A stretch of 64,000 nucleotides of DNA from Candidatus Multivoradales bacterium (GTDB taxonomy: Bacteria > Acidobacteriota > Thermoanaerobaculia > Multivoradales > JAHEKO01): the NCBI GenBank assembly GCA_965223155.1, contig CBDCVR010000015.1, forward strand, positions 704,001 to 768,000, written 5' to 3'. The position numbers were made by a program, and so were the translations under genes. Positions within the stretch are counted from its first letter, which is position 1. Each line of letters begins with the position of its first letter. Positions 27,857 through 39,982 of this stretch are shown here, piece by piece. The notes under the pieces are model-generated. The model was not told the origin of the DNA. It was given only the letters and a program-made list of their open reading frames with translations, and searched no databases.

Positions 27857-28969
27857 TCAGTCTTGGACTGGCGGACCGAAGCGCTCGTCGGTCAGAAACT
27901 CCGGATCGGTGAGGCTCTCGAGAAAGGCGATGAGGTCTCGCTCCTCTCCGGCCGCAATCGAAAACCCGCTCACGAACTCGCTCTTGAGCGGGCTCGCCCG
28001 CCCCGCACCGCGGCCGCCCGCGGCATAGAGACGGACGACCTCGTCCAGGGTCTGGAGGCTGCCGTCGTGCAGGTAAGGCGCGGTGACCGCGATGTTGCGT
28101 AGGGTCGGAGCCCGGAACCGGCCCATGTCCGGAGCCTTGCCGGTGACCTCGAACACTCCCCGGTTGCCAACGGGATAGGCACCCCGGCCGTCCAGATCGT
28201 GGAGGCCGGTGTTGTGAAACTCGGGCTCGGCCGACGCTTCCGCGGTCCGCATCGGTCCCGAGAGATTGAGGCCCGCATGACAGGCCGAGCACCCCAGTCT
28301 CTCCGAGAAGAAGAGCTCCATGCCTCGCTGCGCGTCCTCGGTCAGGGGCTCGCCGAAGAAGAGATACCGATCGTAGGGGCTGTTGCCCGAGATCAGGGTG
28401 CGCTCGAACGAAGCAATGGCTTCGACCAGGCGCGCCAGGCGCAGCCGGCGGCCCGGAAAAGCCTCCCGGAACCGAGCTCGAAACTCGGGATCGGACCGGA
28501 AGCGGCCAAGCACCGTCCGCTTGCGGCCGGCCACCCCCAGCTCGATCGGATCGCGGTTGAAAAGCGGGTTCAAGGCTTGGCGCTCGAGCCGATCGAGCCC
28601 GGGGTCCGCCCAGTTGTAGGTGGCGTTGTAGGCGACGTTGGCTAGCGACATGGCACTCCGCGGGTGGCTCTCGCCAGTCGCCCCGACCGCGGTCGCCTTA
28701 CCATCCGTGAAGGCCAGCTCCTGGCGGTGGCAGCTCGCGCAGGCGAAGGCGCCGTCGCCCGACAGACGGGTGTCATAGAAGAGCCAGCGGCCCAGCTCGA
28801 CCTTGGCGGCCGACATCGGGTTCGCGGCGGCAACCGGCGGCACCGGAAAGCCCGGCGGCAACCGCCACTCGAAGTCGCGCTCCGGGGCCGCGGGCGTGGG
28901 CGTCAAAACCGCGCACCCCGCCAGCCAGAGCGAGCCGGCACAGACGCCGGCACGTACACTAGCTCGCAA
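27857..28969 (-). CDS. MbnH-like di-heme enzyme (bCcP/MauG superfamily), probable lipoprotein
   Basis: WRLPPGFP...NPMS..KVELGR.LFYD.RLS; CASCH and CSACH; FRAPTLRNIAVTAPYLHDGS; LAGC lipobox. Confidence 0.82.
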   Translation of the reverse strand: MRASVRAGVCAGSLWLAGCAVLTPTPAAPERDFEWRLPPGFPVPPVAAANPMSAAKVELGRWLFYDTRLSGDGAFACASCHRQELAFTDGKATAVGATGESHPRSAMSLANVAYNATYNWADPGLDRLERQALNPLFNRDPIELGVAGRKRTVLGRFRSDPEFRARFREAFPGRRLRLARLVEAIASFERTLISGNSPYDRYLFFGEPLTEDAQRGMELFFSERLGCSACHAGLNLSGPMRTAEASAEPEFHNTGLHDLDGRGAYPVGNRGVFEVTGKAPDMGRFRAPTLRNIAVTAPYLHDGSLQTLDEVVRLYAAGGRGAGRASPLKSEFVSGFSIAAGEERDLIAFLESLTDPEFLTDERFGPPVQD

Positions 28970-29055
28970 GGGTGGCAGCCGCTCCTAGATCGACCCTGTT
29001 GCTGACACTCGCCCGCGAAACCCTAAATCCCGGAGCCGATCGGCCAGACTCGGGC

Positions 29056-29829
29056 CTACTTCCAGGAACGCGCCGACGGCGGAGCCACCATCGCCAGCCG
29101 GCCGGCAACAGACGCCCGCTCCTCGACCCAGGCGGCGAAGGCCTCGATCTCGTCCGGCGACGGCCCGTCGTCGGATGCTTCGGCCTCCCCGGAGCGCTCG
29201 GTCACCCACTTGCGCATCGCGGTCATGAGCTCATCGGCCCGCGCCGGATCGAGACGCACCAAAGTCATGTACGCCTCGCGCACCTCGTCCAGCCGGTTGA
29301 GTCCGAGATAGGCCTCCGCCCGGTACTCGATCGCTTCGGTGTACTCGGGAGCTAGCTCCAGAGCACGGTCATAGGAGACCACCGACTCGTCGAAGCGGCC
29401 GACCTTGCGCAGCGCGTAGCCGAGGCTCGAGTGCGCCTGATGCATGGCCTCGTCCGCGTTGATCGCCTTCTCCAGAGCACCGATGGCCTTACCGTACTCC
29501 TTGGCGGCCTTCTCCAGATACTTGGCCACCTGCTTGTCCGCGTCCTCGGCCGCCGCGGCCGCCTTCTCCTCGTACTGCCAAGCGCGGTCGCGGTAGCGAA
29601 GCGCTCGCTTGTAGTGCTCGGCGGCCTGAGCCTCGGGGCTGGCTTGAGGGCCGCTGGGAACGGCCGGGGAGCTCCCCCCCGCAGCGCGAGCCGCGGGCAC
29701 AGCAGCCAGGCAGAGCGAGATCGCTAGAATCGCGAGACTCGCGACGGCGGCCGGACGGACGGCAAGCACCCCGGCTCGAATCCCTGAGCGGCTACGGACG
29801 ACAATGGGCGTGGCGAAACGTTCTGACAT
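29056..29829 (-). CDS. Exported TPR protein
   Basis: Hydrophobic N-terminal segment; TPR motifs (AHSSLGYAL, YDRALELAP). Confidence 0.8.
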   Translation of the reverse strand: MSERFATPIVVRSRSGIRAGVLAVRPAAVASLAILAISLCLAAVPAARAAGGSSPAVPSGPQASPEAQAAEHYKRALRYRDRAWQYEEKAAAAAEDADKQVAKYLEKAAKEYGKAIGALEKAINADEAMHQAHSSLGYALRKVGRFDESVVSYDRALELAPEYTEAIEYRAEAYLGLNRLDEVREAYMTLVRLDPARADELMTAMRKWVTERSGEAEASDDGPSPDEIEAFAAWVEERASVAGRLAMVAPPSARSWK

Positions 29830-29893
29830 GGAATCCTCCTTCGAGCTCCTCTCGGATCTTACCGGCTCGGCGGCTTCTTCCAAGATACGGCCC

Positions 29894-30553
29894 ATGAGCG
29901 CCGAGCGTTTTGCCAAGATCCGGACTGTCCTCAGCCGGCGCCAGCCGGATCTCACGGTGCTGCTCGAAAACGTGCACAAGCCGCACAACTTCGCCGCCGT
30001 CCTCCGCACCGCCGACGCCGTGGGTCTCTTTGAAGCCCACGCCGTGGTGCCGGACCGGACGCTACGCACGTCGCTGGTGTCGGCCAGCGGCTCGGACAAG
30101 TGGGTCAACGTCCACCTCCACGGCTCGATCGAGGCCGCTCTCGAATCCCTGCCCGACCCGCGTCCGGAGATTCTGGCCGCCCACCCAGGGCCGGAAGCGA
30201 TCGACTATCGCGACGTGGACCTCACCCGTCCGTCGCTCGTTCTCTTCGGCCAGGAAAAGGACGGTCTGTCTCCGGCAGCGCTCGAGAGCTCCGACCGGCG
30301 CATTCAGATCCCCATGGCCGGCTTCGTAGCATCGCTCAACGTATCGGTGGCGGCGGCTCTGATTCTCTTCGAAGCCAAGCGCCAGCGCGAGGACGCCGGC
30401 CTCTTCGACCGCTCGCGGCTGGATCCCGAGATCCTCGACCGCACCCTCTTCGAGTGGGCCTATCCCAAGCTCGCCGAGCTCTGCCGGCGACGCGGGGTTC
30501 CCTACCCCAGGCTGGCCGAGGACGGCCAGATCCTGGATCCCCTGCCGCGCTAA
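29894..30553 (+). CDS. trmH: tRNA (guanosine-18-2'-O)-methyltransferase
   Basis: RRQPDLTV..ENVHKPHN..A..RTADAVG, GQEKDG, IPMAG..SLNVSVA, LFEWAYP. Confidence 0.93.
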   Translation: MSAERFAKIRTVLSRRQPDLTVLLENVHKPHNFAAVLRTADAVGLFEAHAVVPDRTLRTSLVSASGSDKWVNVHLHGSIEAALESLPDPRPEILAAHPGPEAIDYRDVDLTRPSLVLFGQEKDGLSPAALESSDRRIQIPMAGFVASLNVSVAAALILFEAKRQREDAGLFDRSRLDPEILDRTLFEWAYPKLAELCRRRGVPYPRLAEDGQILDPLPR

Positions 30554-30608
30554 CCCGTCTCCTACCTCGCCAAGAATCAAGCGCTCGCAGCCGGAAATCC
30601 AGCCGACC

Positions 30609-31244
30609 TCAGCATTCCGCTGCAAGTCCCCGGAGTGTTGCCACCGCCTCCGGGGTGTCCCAGTTGGCACCACCGGTGTGGCGAAACACGACCTGGCCGG
30701 AGCAATTGACGACCGCCGCCGACGGCAGCTCGGCGGTCCAGATCGAGGCCGGGACACCCTCGCGCACGAAGAAGATCGGAAGCTTCGAGGGACTCTTCTT
30801 CAAGAATTGACGAACCGGCGCTCGGTCCTCGGTGGTGTACAGAAGAACGCGGACCGGCTCCGAGTGAAGAGCATCCGCGAGCCTCTCGAGAGACGGGGTC
30901 TCGGCAACACATGGCGCACACCAGCTCGCCCAGCGGACCAGGACCAACACCTGATCGCGAAAGTCGGAAGCCTGGACCACTCGGCCCTTGGCATCCTCCA
31001 GACTCCAGCCGTAGTCCATGGCCCCCTGGGCTCGGAGTTGATCCCGGTCGAGAGGCGCCGGCGCCAGAACCGGTCGGGCGCGAGCAGTGGCCTCCTCAGC
31101 CCTCGCATCCAAGCACCGCTCGACGTCTCGCTTCGCATTGAGCACGAAGACCGTCGCTACTGCTGCAACAAGTCCTAGCGTGCCGGCGACACCGACTAGA
31201 AAGCCGATCCAGAACCGCTTGCCGCTACCTGACGTGGTACCCAC
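30609..31244 (-). CDS. TlpA-family thioredoxin-like protein
   Basis: N-terminal TM, WASWCAPCVAE. Confidence 0.85.
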   Translation of the reverse strand: MGTTSGSGKRFWIGFLVGVAGTLGLVAAVATVFVLNAKRDVERCLDARAEEATARARPVLAPAPLDRDQLRAQGAMDYGWSLEDAKGRVVQASDFRDQVLVLVRWASWCAPCVAETPSLERLADALHSEPVRVLLYTTEDRAPVRQFLKKSPSKLPIFFVREGVPASIWTAELPSAAVVNCSGQVVFRHTGGANWDTPEAVATLRGLAAEC

Positions 31245-31292
31245 GCGAAGACCTTTAGGGCGCAGGGCAGCTCGCGGGCATTCCTCGATCCT

Positions 31293-32009
31293 TCACGACC
31301 GATCCATGCGTCCCGCCAGACGCAAGACGTACCAAAACATCATGCCGATCGAGGCAAAGAGCGACAGGGCGGCGGCGACGTGGCGCCGGCTGCGATAGCG
31401 GCGCACGATGCCCGCGGTGTCGTAGAGGATCGAAGCTCCCGACAGAGCGATCATGCCGACGCTGAACCAGGTGCCCAGATGCCAGCCGAAGAGGATGGCG
31501 GCGACGATCAAGACAAGGGCCGAGAAGCCGCCCCAGATGAGAAACGGGCGCAGGAAGGAGAAGTCCCGGCGCGAGGTCCAGGCGATTCCAGTCAGACCGA
31601 GCGCGCCCAGGAGCGTCACTTGGGCGGCTTGCTCGATGAGCCCCGGCGCCAGCCGCTCGGCGCGGTAGAGAAGGGGCACGAAAATGGTTCCCTTGGCGAC
31701 GATGTAGAGCCCGAGGCCGGCGTACTGGCCGGCGGTCGAGCGTAGCCGCCACGCCATGCGGGAGGCGAGCCAGGCGATGACGAGAAACGCCGCCAGGATG
31801 AGTCCCCAGGGCACCTGGGCCATCGCCGCCGCCAGCCGCTCGGCCAGGCCGCTCCGAAAGAGCACGATCTCGTAGGCGACGAACACCATGATCGCGCCCA
31901 GGAGATGCACGTAGACCCGTCCGATGTATCGGCCGCGGCGACCCGAGCGTTGGCCCGATCGATGGGCCGCCCGGCGCTCTCTCCTGCGATCTACGGCTTC
32001 GGTCGTCAC
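31293..32009 (-). CDS. Bax inhibitor-1/YccA family membrane protein
   Basis: VYVHLLGA, RDFSFL, ILYDT, AALSLFAS. Confidence 0.85.
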   Translation of the reverse strand: MTTEAVDRRRERRAAHRSGQRSGRRGRYIGRVYVHLLGAIMVFVAYEIVLFRSGLAERLAAAMAQVPWGLILAAFLVIAWLASRMAWRLRSTAGQYAGLGLYIVAKGTIFVPLLYRAERLAPGLIEQAAQVTLLGALGLTGIAWTSRRDFSFLRPFLIWGGFSALVLIVAAILFGWHLGTWFSVGMIALSGASILYDTAGIVRRYRSRRHVAAALSLFASIGMMFWYVLRLAGRMDRS

Positions 32010-32383
32010 AGGCTCGCCCGATCGCCTAGTAGGTACCGGGCGACATCGACGTAGTCGATGACGAGTGACAGCAGGTTGGTCACGAAGAGGGTCCGGATCC
32101 AGCCATCGAAGAGCCGGTCACCCGACAAACCCGAGCGCCGCCGGTGCAGCAGGACGAGAAGCGGCGTCCAGACGAGGACGTGCGAGAGGCCCAGGAGGCG
32201 GTTGTAGCCATTGAGCTCGCACAGAACGGTCATCAAGACCACATTGACAAGCCAGGCTCCCAGCACCCAGCGCGCCTCGGCCCGGCGGAGAAAGAAGATC
32301 GCCGCGCTGTTGACCACGATCAACCAGAAGACCCAGGCCTGAAGAGCCGGTGTCTCCGCCAAGAGATGCTCGAAGAGCTTCAT
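32006..32383 (-). CDS. Hypothetical membrane protein
   Basis: Four hydrophobic segments; RLLGLSH..VWTPLL. Confidence 0.65.
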   Translation of the reverse strand: MKLFEHLLAETPALQAWVFWLIVVNSAAIFFLRRAEARWVLGAWLVNVVLMTVLCELNGYNRLLGLSHVLVWTPLLVLLHRRRSGLSGDRLFDGWIRTLFVTNLLSLVIDYVDVARYLLGDRASL

Positions 32384-32390
32384 GCCGCGT

Positions 32391-32804
32391 TCACCTCGCG
32401 GACCCTGCCGGCCAGTGGCGGCGCCGACCCAAGAAGTAGAGCGCGCACAGCCAGTCGTAGGACACGCAGGCCCAGGCATACCACAGCGGCACGTAGTGGC
32501 TGCCGCTTCGTCCGTGGTAGAGATCCCAGAGGCCGTGAGCCATGTAGCCGAGGGGCAAGAGAGCGTAGCGCCCGCGCCCGGCGGCCAGTGCGATCGCGGT
32601 CAGCACCCCGAGCACGAGGACCTCTTGCGGCACGGCGTCCCAGGCGCCGGCCGCGACCACGAACCCCACGTAGATGACCTGCATCGCGATCAAGATCGCC
32701 GCGTAGATGCGTGGTTCCGCTCGGGACCCGCGCGAGCGCGCCCAGGCGATGGTCAGCGCCGCCCCGGCGAGCCCGAGGAATGCGTAGGTGAAGACGCCGG
32801 TCAT
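32391..32804 (-). CDS. Membrane protein (DUF6010-like)
   Basis: IYVGF, AHGLWDLYH, VPLWY..ACVSYDW. Confidence 0.65.
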   Translation of the reverse strand: MTGVFTYAFLGLAGAALTIAWARSRGSRAEPRIYAAILIAMQVIYVGFVVAAGAWDAVPQEVLVLGVLTAIALAAGRGRYALLPLGYMAHGLWDLYHGRSGSHYVPLWYAWACVSYDWLCALYFLGRRRHWPAGSAR

Positions 32805-32824
32805 CGGTTGCGGGAATCCGGATG

Positions 32825-33298
32825 CTAGATGTGGCAGCTTGCCAGGCCGCGCTTCTCGAGATAGCGCTGGTGGTAATCCTCGGCCAGCCAGAACGCGGCC
32901 GCCGGCTCGATCGCGGTCACGATCGGGGCCGGAAACCTGCCGCTCGCGTCGAGCGCTTCCCGCATGCGCTCGGCCGTTTCGCGCTGGGCTTCGTTGTGCG
33001 CGAACACCACCGACCGGTACTGCGATCCGACGTCGGGTCCCTGCCGATCGGCGGTCGTGGGATCGTGGTTGTCCCAGAAGATCTCGAGCAAGCGTTCGAA
33101 GCCGACCGCCTCGGGATCGAACTCGACCTGCACGACTTCGACGTGTCCGGTGCCATCGGTGCAGACTTCCTTGTACGTCGGCTCGTCCGTGTGGCCACCC
33201 ATGTAGCCCACCGCGGTGTCGGTAACGCCCTCGGTGCTCCGGAACAGGGCCTCGACACCCCAGAAACAACCCGCTCCGAAGGTTGCGGTCTCGGTCAT
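32825..33298 (-). CDS. msrA: Peptide-methionine (S)-S-oxide reductase
   Basis: GAGCFWGVE, AEDYHQRY. Confidence 0.96.
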   Translation of the reverse strand: MTETATFGAGCFWGVEALFRSTEGVTDTAVGYMGGHTDEPTYKEVCTDGTGHVEVVQVEFDPEAVGFERLLEIFWDNHDPTTADRQGPDVGSQYRSVVFAHNEAQRETAERMREALDASGRFPAPIVTAIEPAAAFWLAEDYHQRYLEKRGLASCHI

Positions 33299-33376
33299 GC
33301 TCGCTCCTTTCCAGTTCCACCAACGCCGCGTCGTGTCGAGGAATTCCCCCGGCCCGTTGCGGTCAGCGCAGCGCGG

Positions 33377-33741
33377 TCAGTCCCGCAGCACGACCAGGGG
33401 CGCCAGGAGGCCGCCGCCCAGAATCGCGGGCACGCCCAGGATCAGGGTCGTCAGCGTGTACCAGGAGGGCTCGACGCTCGAGCTCCGCGCCAGGCTGACC
33501 ACCAGGACTACCGTGAAAATGGCGGCCACGGTTCCGGCGTAGACCAGCGGCCGGCGGCCGGCGACGACCGCACTCAGAAAGCCGGCCAGGATCGAGGCCA
33601 CGAGAAACGCGAGCAGACCCGCCACGATCGGCCCCGTGCCCGGCTCCTCCGGCCGGCCGAAAAGCCAACCCACCACGGCCATGGCCGCGGCCGTGCAGAC
33701 GACGTAGCCGAGCAGAATTCCCAGAAGGCTGCGGACCAGGT

Positions 33742-33745
<4 letters not shown>
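33377..33745 (-). CDS. Hypothetical four-TM membrane protein
   Basis: GTG start overlapping the lpdA stop; hydrophobic, PSWY motif. Confidence 0.65.
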
Positions 33746-35637
<1,892 letters not shown>

Positions 35638-35680
35638 GCCCTCTCGGCCGGCCGGACCGGATGACTCCGGATCGGCACGA

Positions 35681-37084
35681 TCACAGCAAGAGCCGGCGCA
35701 GGTCGGCCAGCACCGTCGTCAGGTAGCGCGTAAACCGGACCGCCATCGCCCCGTCAATGACGCGGTGGTCGTAGGACAGCGACACCGGCAGCATCAGGCG
35801 CGGCACGAACGCCTCTCCGTTCCAGACCGGCTCGGTCTTGGAGCGCGAGACGCCCAGGATCGCGACCTCGGGCCAGTTGACGATGGGCGTAAACGCGGTC
35901 CCGCCGATGCCCCCAAGGCTCGAAACCGTAAAGCTTCCGCCACGAAGCTGGTCGGGCTTGAGCTTGCGCTCGCGCGCCTGGACGCTGACTTCGGCCAGCT
36001 CGCGGGCGAGCTCGAAGATGCCCTTCTTGTCGACCTCCCGAAGCACCGGCACGATCAGTCCGTCGGCGGTATCGACCGCCACGCCGATATTGAAATAGCG
36101 CTTGAGAACGATGTGTTCCCCGCCGGCATCGAGCGAAGCGTTCAAGCGCGGAAATTCCTGAAGCGCCGCCACGACCGCCTTCAGGACGAGCGCGAGCGGG
36201 GTCAGATTGAAGCCCTGCTCCTTGGCTCGGGCCTTGTGCTCCTGCCGAAAGGCCTCGAGCTCGGTGATGTCGGCGACGTCGTGCTGGGTTACGTGCGGAA
36301 TCGTCAGCCAGCTGCGCTGGAGATTGGCGCTCGACAGCCGCTGGATTCTGGTGAGCGGCTGGCGCTCGACCTCGCCGAACTTCGAAAAGTCGATCGCCGG
36401 CAGCGCCGGCGCCGCCAGTCCGGGGCCGGCTCCGGCCGCGGCGGCGGGGCCGGCCGCCAGGGTCGTCTTGACGTAGCCGCGCACGTCGTCTTGCACAATC
36501 CGGCCCTTGCGGCCTGTACCCGGGACCTGGCGCAAATCGACGCCTAGCTCGCGCGCCAGCCGCCGTACCGCCGGCGAGGCGTAGACCTTGGAGAAGTCCG
36601 CGCTTACCACTTCGGCGGCATGAGGCGGGGGCTCGGTTCTGTCCGGCTCGGTTCTGTCCGGCTCGGTTCTGTCCGGCTCGGGGCTGTCTGGCTCAGGGCG
36701 GGGCCGCTCGGGGGTCTCCTGTGCGATTCCGGCTTTGGGCTCGGGCTCGGCCTTCCCGGGTTCCGCTGGGGCCGGCTCGGGCTGGACGGGTTCGGGTGCC
36801 GCCGAGGATTCGGAATCCTTGGCCTTGGCAGACTCCGCGGAATCGACGAGCTCCAAGACCAGGACCAGCGAACCCTCGCGCACCTTGTCCCCGGCCTTGA
36901 CCTTGACCTCCTGGACGGTGCCCGCCTCGGGAGACGGCACGTCCATGGTCGCCTTGTCGCTCTCGAGCGAAACCAGCGAGTCGTCCCGCGCCACGGAGTC
37001 GCCGGTGGCGACGTAGACCTCTACGACATCGACCTCGTCGACCTCGCCCAGATCGGGAATCCTGACTTCGTAGCGTTCGGCCAT
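35681..37084 (-). CDS. aceF: Pyruvate dehydrogenase E2 acetyltransferase
   Basis: Lipoyl ESDKATM, ASPAVRRLAREL, LSYDHRVIDG. Confidence 0.95.
   Translation of the reverse strand: MAERYEVRIPDLGEVDEVDVVEVYVATGDSVARDDSLVSLESDKATMDVPSPEAGTVQEVKVKAGDKVREGSLVLVLELVDSAESAKAKDSESSAAPEPVQPEPAPAEPGKAEPEPKAGIAQETPERPRPEPDSPEPDRTEPDRTEPDRTEPPPHAAEVVSADFSKVYASPAVRRLARELGVDLRQVPGTGRKGRIVQDDVRGYVKTTLAAGPAAAAGAGPGLAAPALPAIDFSKFGEVERQPLTRIQRLSSANLQRSWLTIPHVTQHDVADITELEAFRQEHKARAKEQGFNLTPLALVLKAVVAALQEFPRLNASLDAGGEHIVLKRYFNIGVAVDTADGLIVPVLREVDKKGIFELARELAEVSVQARERKLKPDQLRGGSFTVSSLGGIGGTAFTPIVNWPEVAILGVSRSKTEPVWNGEAFVPRLMLPVSLSYDHRVIDGAMAVRFTRYLTTVLADLRRLLL
36630..36694. repeat. 15-bp coding tandem repeat (EPDRT x3 plus a degenerate copy) in the AceF linker
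   Basis: GGCTCGGTTCTGTCC x3. Confidence 0.9.
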
Positions 37085-37141
37085 CTTGCTTGGAATTAGT
37101 GCTCGGAGATGGTGTTCAGAACTCGGTTCGGGGCGGCTGGC

Positions 37142-39841
37142 TCAGACCGTCCAGGGCTCGGGCCGGTCTGGATCGATCTCGTACTTGGCGATGGCCTCGG
37201 CCACCCGCTCGCCCGGAATCGTCCCGTCATCGGCAAGCGCCTTGAGGGCCGCCACCGCGACGTGGCGGCGATCGACCTCGAAGAAGTCGCGCAAGGTCTC
37301 GCGGGTGTCGCTCCGGCCGAAGCCGTCGGTGCCCAGGGTCACGAACCGTCCCGGCACGAAGGGACGGATCTGCTCGGCGAACGAGCGCATGTAATCGGTC
37401 GCCGCGATCACCGGACCGGAACCGCCTTCGAGCTGCTCTTCCACCCACGAGTTGCGCGCCGGCTGGTCCGGGTGGAGACGGTTCCAACGCTCCGCGGCAA
37501 GGCCATCTCGGCGCAGGAGGTTGAAGCTCGGCGCGCTCCAGAGCTCGGCACTCACCCCAAAATCGGCGGCCAGGAGCTCGGCCGCCGCCTCGACCTCGCG
37601 CAGGATCGTTCCGGATCCCACCAGCCGCACTCTCGGAGCCTTCTTGGACTTCCCGGCCGGCTTCGGCTTGGGCGCCGGACGCAGCAGGTAGAGCCCGCGG
37701 GTGATCCCTTCCTCGGCGCCCTCCGGCATCGAGCCGTGCCGGTAGTTCTCGTTCACCACGGTGATGTAGTAGAAGGTGTCCTCGCCGTCCCGGTACATCC
37801 GGCGCAGACCGTCCTGGACGATCACCGCAAGCTCGTAGCTATAGGTCGGGTCGTAGGCGCGGCAGGTGGGCACGGTCGAAGCCAGCAGATGGCTGTGGCC
37901 GTCCTGGTGCTGGAGCCCCTCGCCGTTCAGGGTCGTTCGTCCCGACGTCGCGCCCATCAAGAAGCCCCGCGCGCGCATGTCGGCGGCCTGCCAGATGAGA
38001 TCCCCGACCCGCTGGAACCCGAACATCGAGTAGAAGATGAAGAACGGGATCATGTGGAGACCGTGGTTGGCGTAGGCGGTGCCGGCCGCGATCCACGAGC
38101 ACAGAGCGCCCGCCTCCGAGATCCCCTCCTGCAGAATCTGCCCGGACTTCTCCTCCCGGTAGTAGGCGAGCTGATCGTGGTCTTCCGGGGTGTAAAGCTG
38201 GCCGGTGGGCGCGTAGATTCCGACCTGGCGGAACATGCCCTCCATGCCGAAGGTCCGCGCCTCGTCGGCCACGATCGGCACCAACCGCTCCTTGATCGAC
38301 TTGTCCCGCGTCAGGGTCATGAGGATGCGGACGAACGCCATCGTCGTTGACATCTCGCGCTCGCCGCTGCCTTCCAGGAGAGCGCTGAAGGCCGAGAGAT
38401 CCGGCACCTCGAGCGACTCGGCCTCCACCGACCGCGTCGGCATGAAGCCGCCCAGGGACGCCCGCCGTTCCTTGAGGTAGCGCATCGGCGCGCTGTCCTC
38501 ATCGGGTTTGTAGAACGGCAGCTCGTCGATCTGCTCGTCGGTCAGCGGAATGTTGAAGCGGTCCCGGAAGTGACGCAGCGCCTCCTCGCCGATCTTCTTC
38601 TGCTGGTGCGTGATGTTCTGTCCCTCGCCGGCCTCGCCCATGCCGTAGCCCTTGATGGTCTTGGCCAGGATCACCGTGGGCTGTCCCCGGTGAGCGTGGG
38701 CCGCGGCGAACGCCGCATAGACCTTCTGCGGATCGTGGCCGCCGCGCTTCAAGCGCCACAGATCGGAGTCGGACATGTCGGCGACCATCTCGGCCAGCTC
38801 CGGGTACTTGCCGAAGAAGTGCTCGCGAACGTAGGCCCCGTCCTCGGAGGCGTACATCTGGTACTCGCCATCCACGACCTCTTCCATCCGCTGGCGCAAG
38901 AGGCCGGTTCGGTCCCGGGCCAGGAGCGGATCCCAGTTGGAGCCCCAAACGACCTTGATGACGTTCCAGCCGGCTCCCCGGAAGACGGCCTCCAGTTCCT
39001 GCACGATCTTGCCGTTGCCCCGCACCGGACCATCCAGGCGTTGCAAGTTGCAGTTGATGACGAAGATCAGGTTGTCGAGCTTCTCGCGCGAACCGAGCGA
39101 GATCGCGCCCAGGGACTCGGGCTCGTCCATCTCGCCGTCGCCGAGAAAGGCCCAGACCTTTCGCGCCTCGGTGTCCAGAAGACCCCGGTTGTGGAGGTAC
39201 TTCATGAAGCGCGCCTGGTAGATCGCCGAGATCGAGGTCAGCCCCATCGACACCGTCGGGAACTGCCAGAAGCCCGGCATCAGCCAGGGGTGGGGATACG
39301 AGGACAGCCCGCCGCCGCCTACCTCCTCGCGAAAGTTGTGGAGCTCGTCCTCGCTGATCCGGCCTTCGAGAAAGGCGCGGGCGTAGACGCCGGGCGAGCT
39401 ATGGCCCTGGAACATGACGAGATCGCCACCATGCTCGTCCGTGCGGGCGCGGAAGAAATGATTGAAGCCGATCTCGAAGAGATTCGCGACCGATTGATAG
39501 GTCGCGATGTGACCGCCCAGGCCGCCGCCCTTGCGGTTGGCCCGAACCACCATGGCCATGGCGTTCCAGCGGATGATCGACTTGATCCGGCGTTCCAGAG
39601 CCGCGTCGCCCGGGCGCTGGGCCTCCTGGTGGGGCGGGATGGTGTTGATGTAGGCGGTGGTCGCGTTGTACGGAAGGTAGGCGCCGGAGCGGCGGGCCTT
39701 TTCGACCAGGGACTCGATCAAGAAGTGCGCGCGCTCGGGCCCGTCCCGCTCGATGACCTCGGCTAGGGCCTCCTTCCACTCACGCGTTTCCTCCGGATCG
39801 ATGTCCCGAGGTCGCCGACTGTCGATGTCTTCCGCAGTCAT
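37142..39841 (-). CDS. aceE: Pyruvate dehydrogenase E1, homodimeric type
   Basis: DIDPEETREW, GGHIA, FPTVSMGL, GDGEMDEPES, GEGLQHQDG, LGTDGFGRSD. Confidence 0.97.
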   Translation of the reverse strand: MTAEDIDSRRPRDIDPEETREWKEALAEVIERDGPERAHFLIESLVEKARRSGAYLPYNATTAYINTIPPHQEAQRPGDAALERRIKSIIRWNAMAMVVRANRKGGGLGGHIATYQSVANLFEIGFNHFFRARTDEHGGDLVMFQGHSSPGVYARAFLEGRISEDELHNFREEVGGGGLSSYPHPWLMPGFWQFPTVSMGLTSISAIYQARFMKYLHNRGLLDTEARKVWAFLGDGEMDEPESLGAISLGSREKLDNLIFVINCNLQRLDGPVRGNGKIVQELEAVFRGAGWNVIKVVWGSNWDPLLARDRTGLLRQRMEEVVDGEYQMYASEDGAYVREHFFGKYPELAEMVADMSDSDLWRLKRGGHDPQKVYAAFAAAHAHRGQPTVILAKTIKGYGMGEAGEGQNITHQQKKIGEEALRHFRDRFNIPLTDEQIDELPFYKPDEDSAPMRYLKERRASLGGFMPTRSVEAESLEVPDLSAFSALLEGSGEREMSTTMAFVRILMTLTRDKSIKERLVPIVADEARTFGMEGMFRQVGIYAPTGQLYTPEDHDQLAYYREEKSGQILQEGISEAGALCSWIAAGTAYANHGLHMIPFFIFYSMFGFQRVGDLIWQAADMRARGFLMGATSGRTTLNGEGLQHQDGHSHLLASTVPTCRAYDPTYSYELAVIVQDGLRRMYRDGEDTFYYITVVNENYRHGSMPEGAEEGITRGLYLLRPAPKPKPAGKSKKAPRVRLVGSGTILREVEAAAELLAADFGVSAELWSAPSFNLLRRDGLAAERWNRLHPDQPARNSWVEEQLEGGSGPVIAATDYMRSFAEQIRPFVPGRFVTLGTDGFGRSDTRETLRDFFEVDRRHVAVAALKALADDGTIPGERVAEAIAKYEIDPDRPEPWTV

Positions 39842-39982
39842 CCCGTACCTTTCTTGCAATGCCTGTTTCCAAGCTGAGCGCGGCATTGTACAGGACGAGG
39901 CCGCCGAAAGAATATCGGACGTTCGTTCTATTTTCGGCGGACTCGGAACCGTTCCTCGAGCGCTCGCGGGGCCTGCCCCGCC

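Noticed and set aside
36630-36694. CRISPR-like repeats (also 48784-48890, 60857-60885, 11716-11745)
   Set aside because: The units are contiguous 9-15-bp repeats without spacers, and there are no cas genes.
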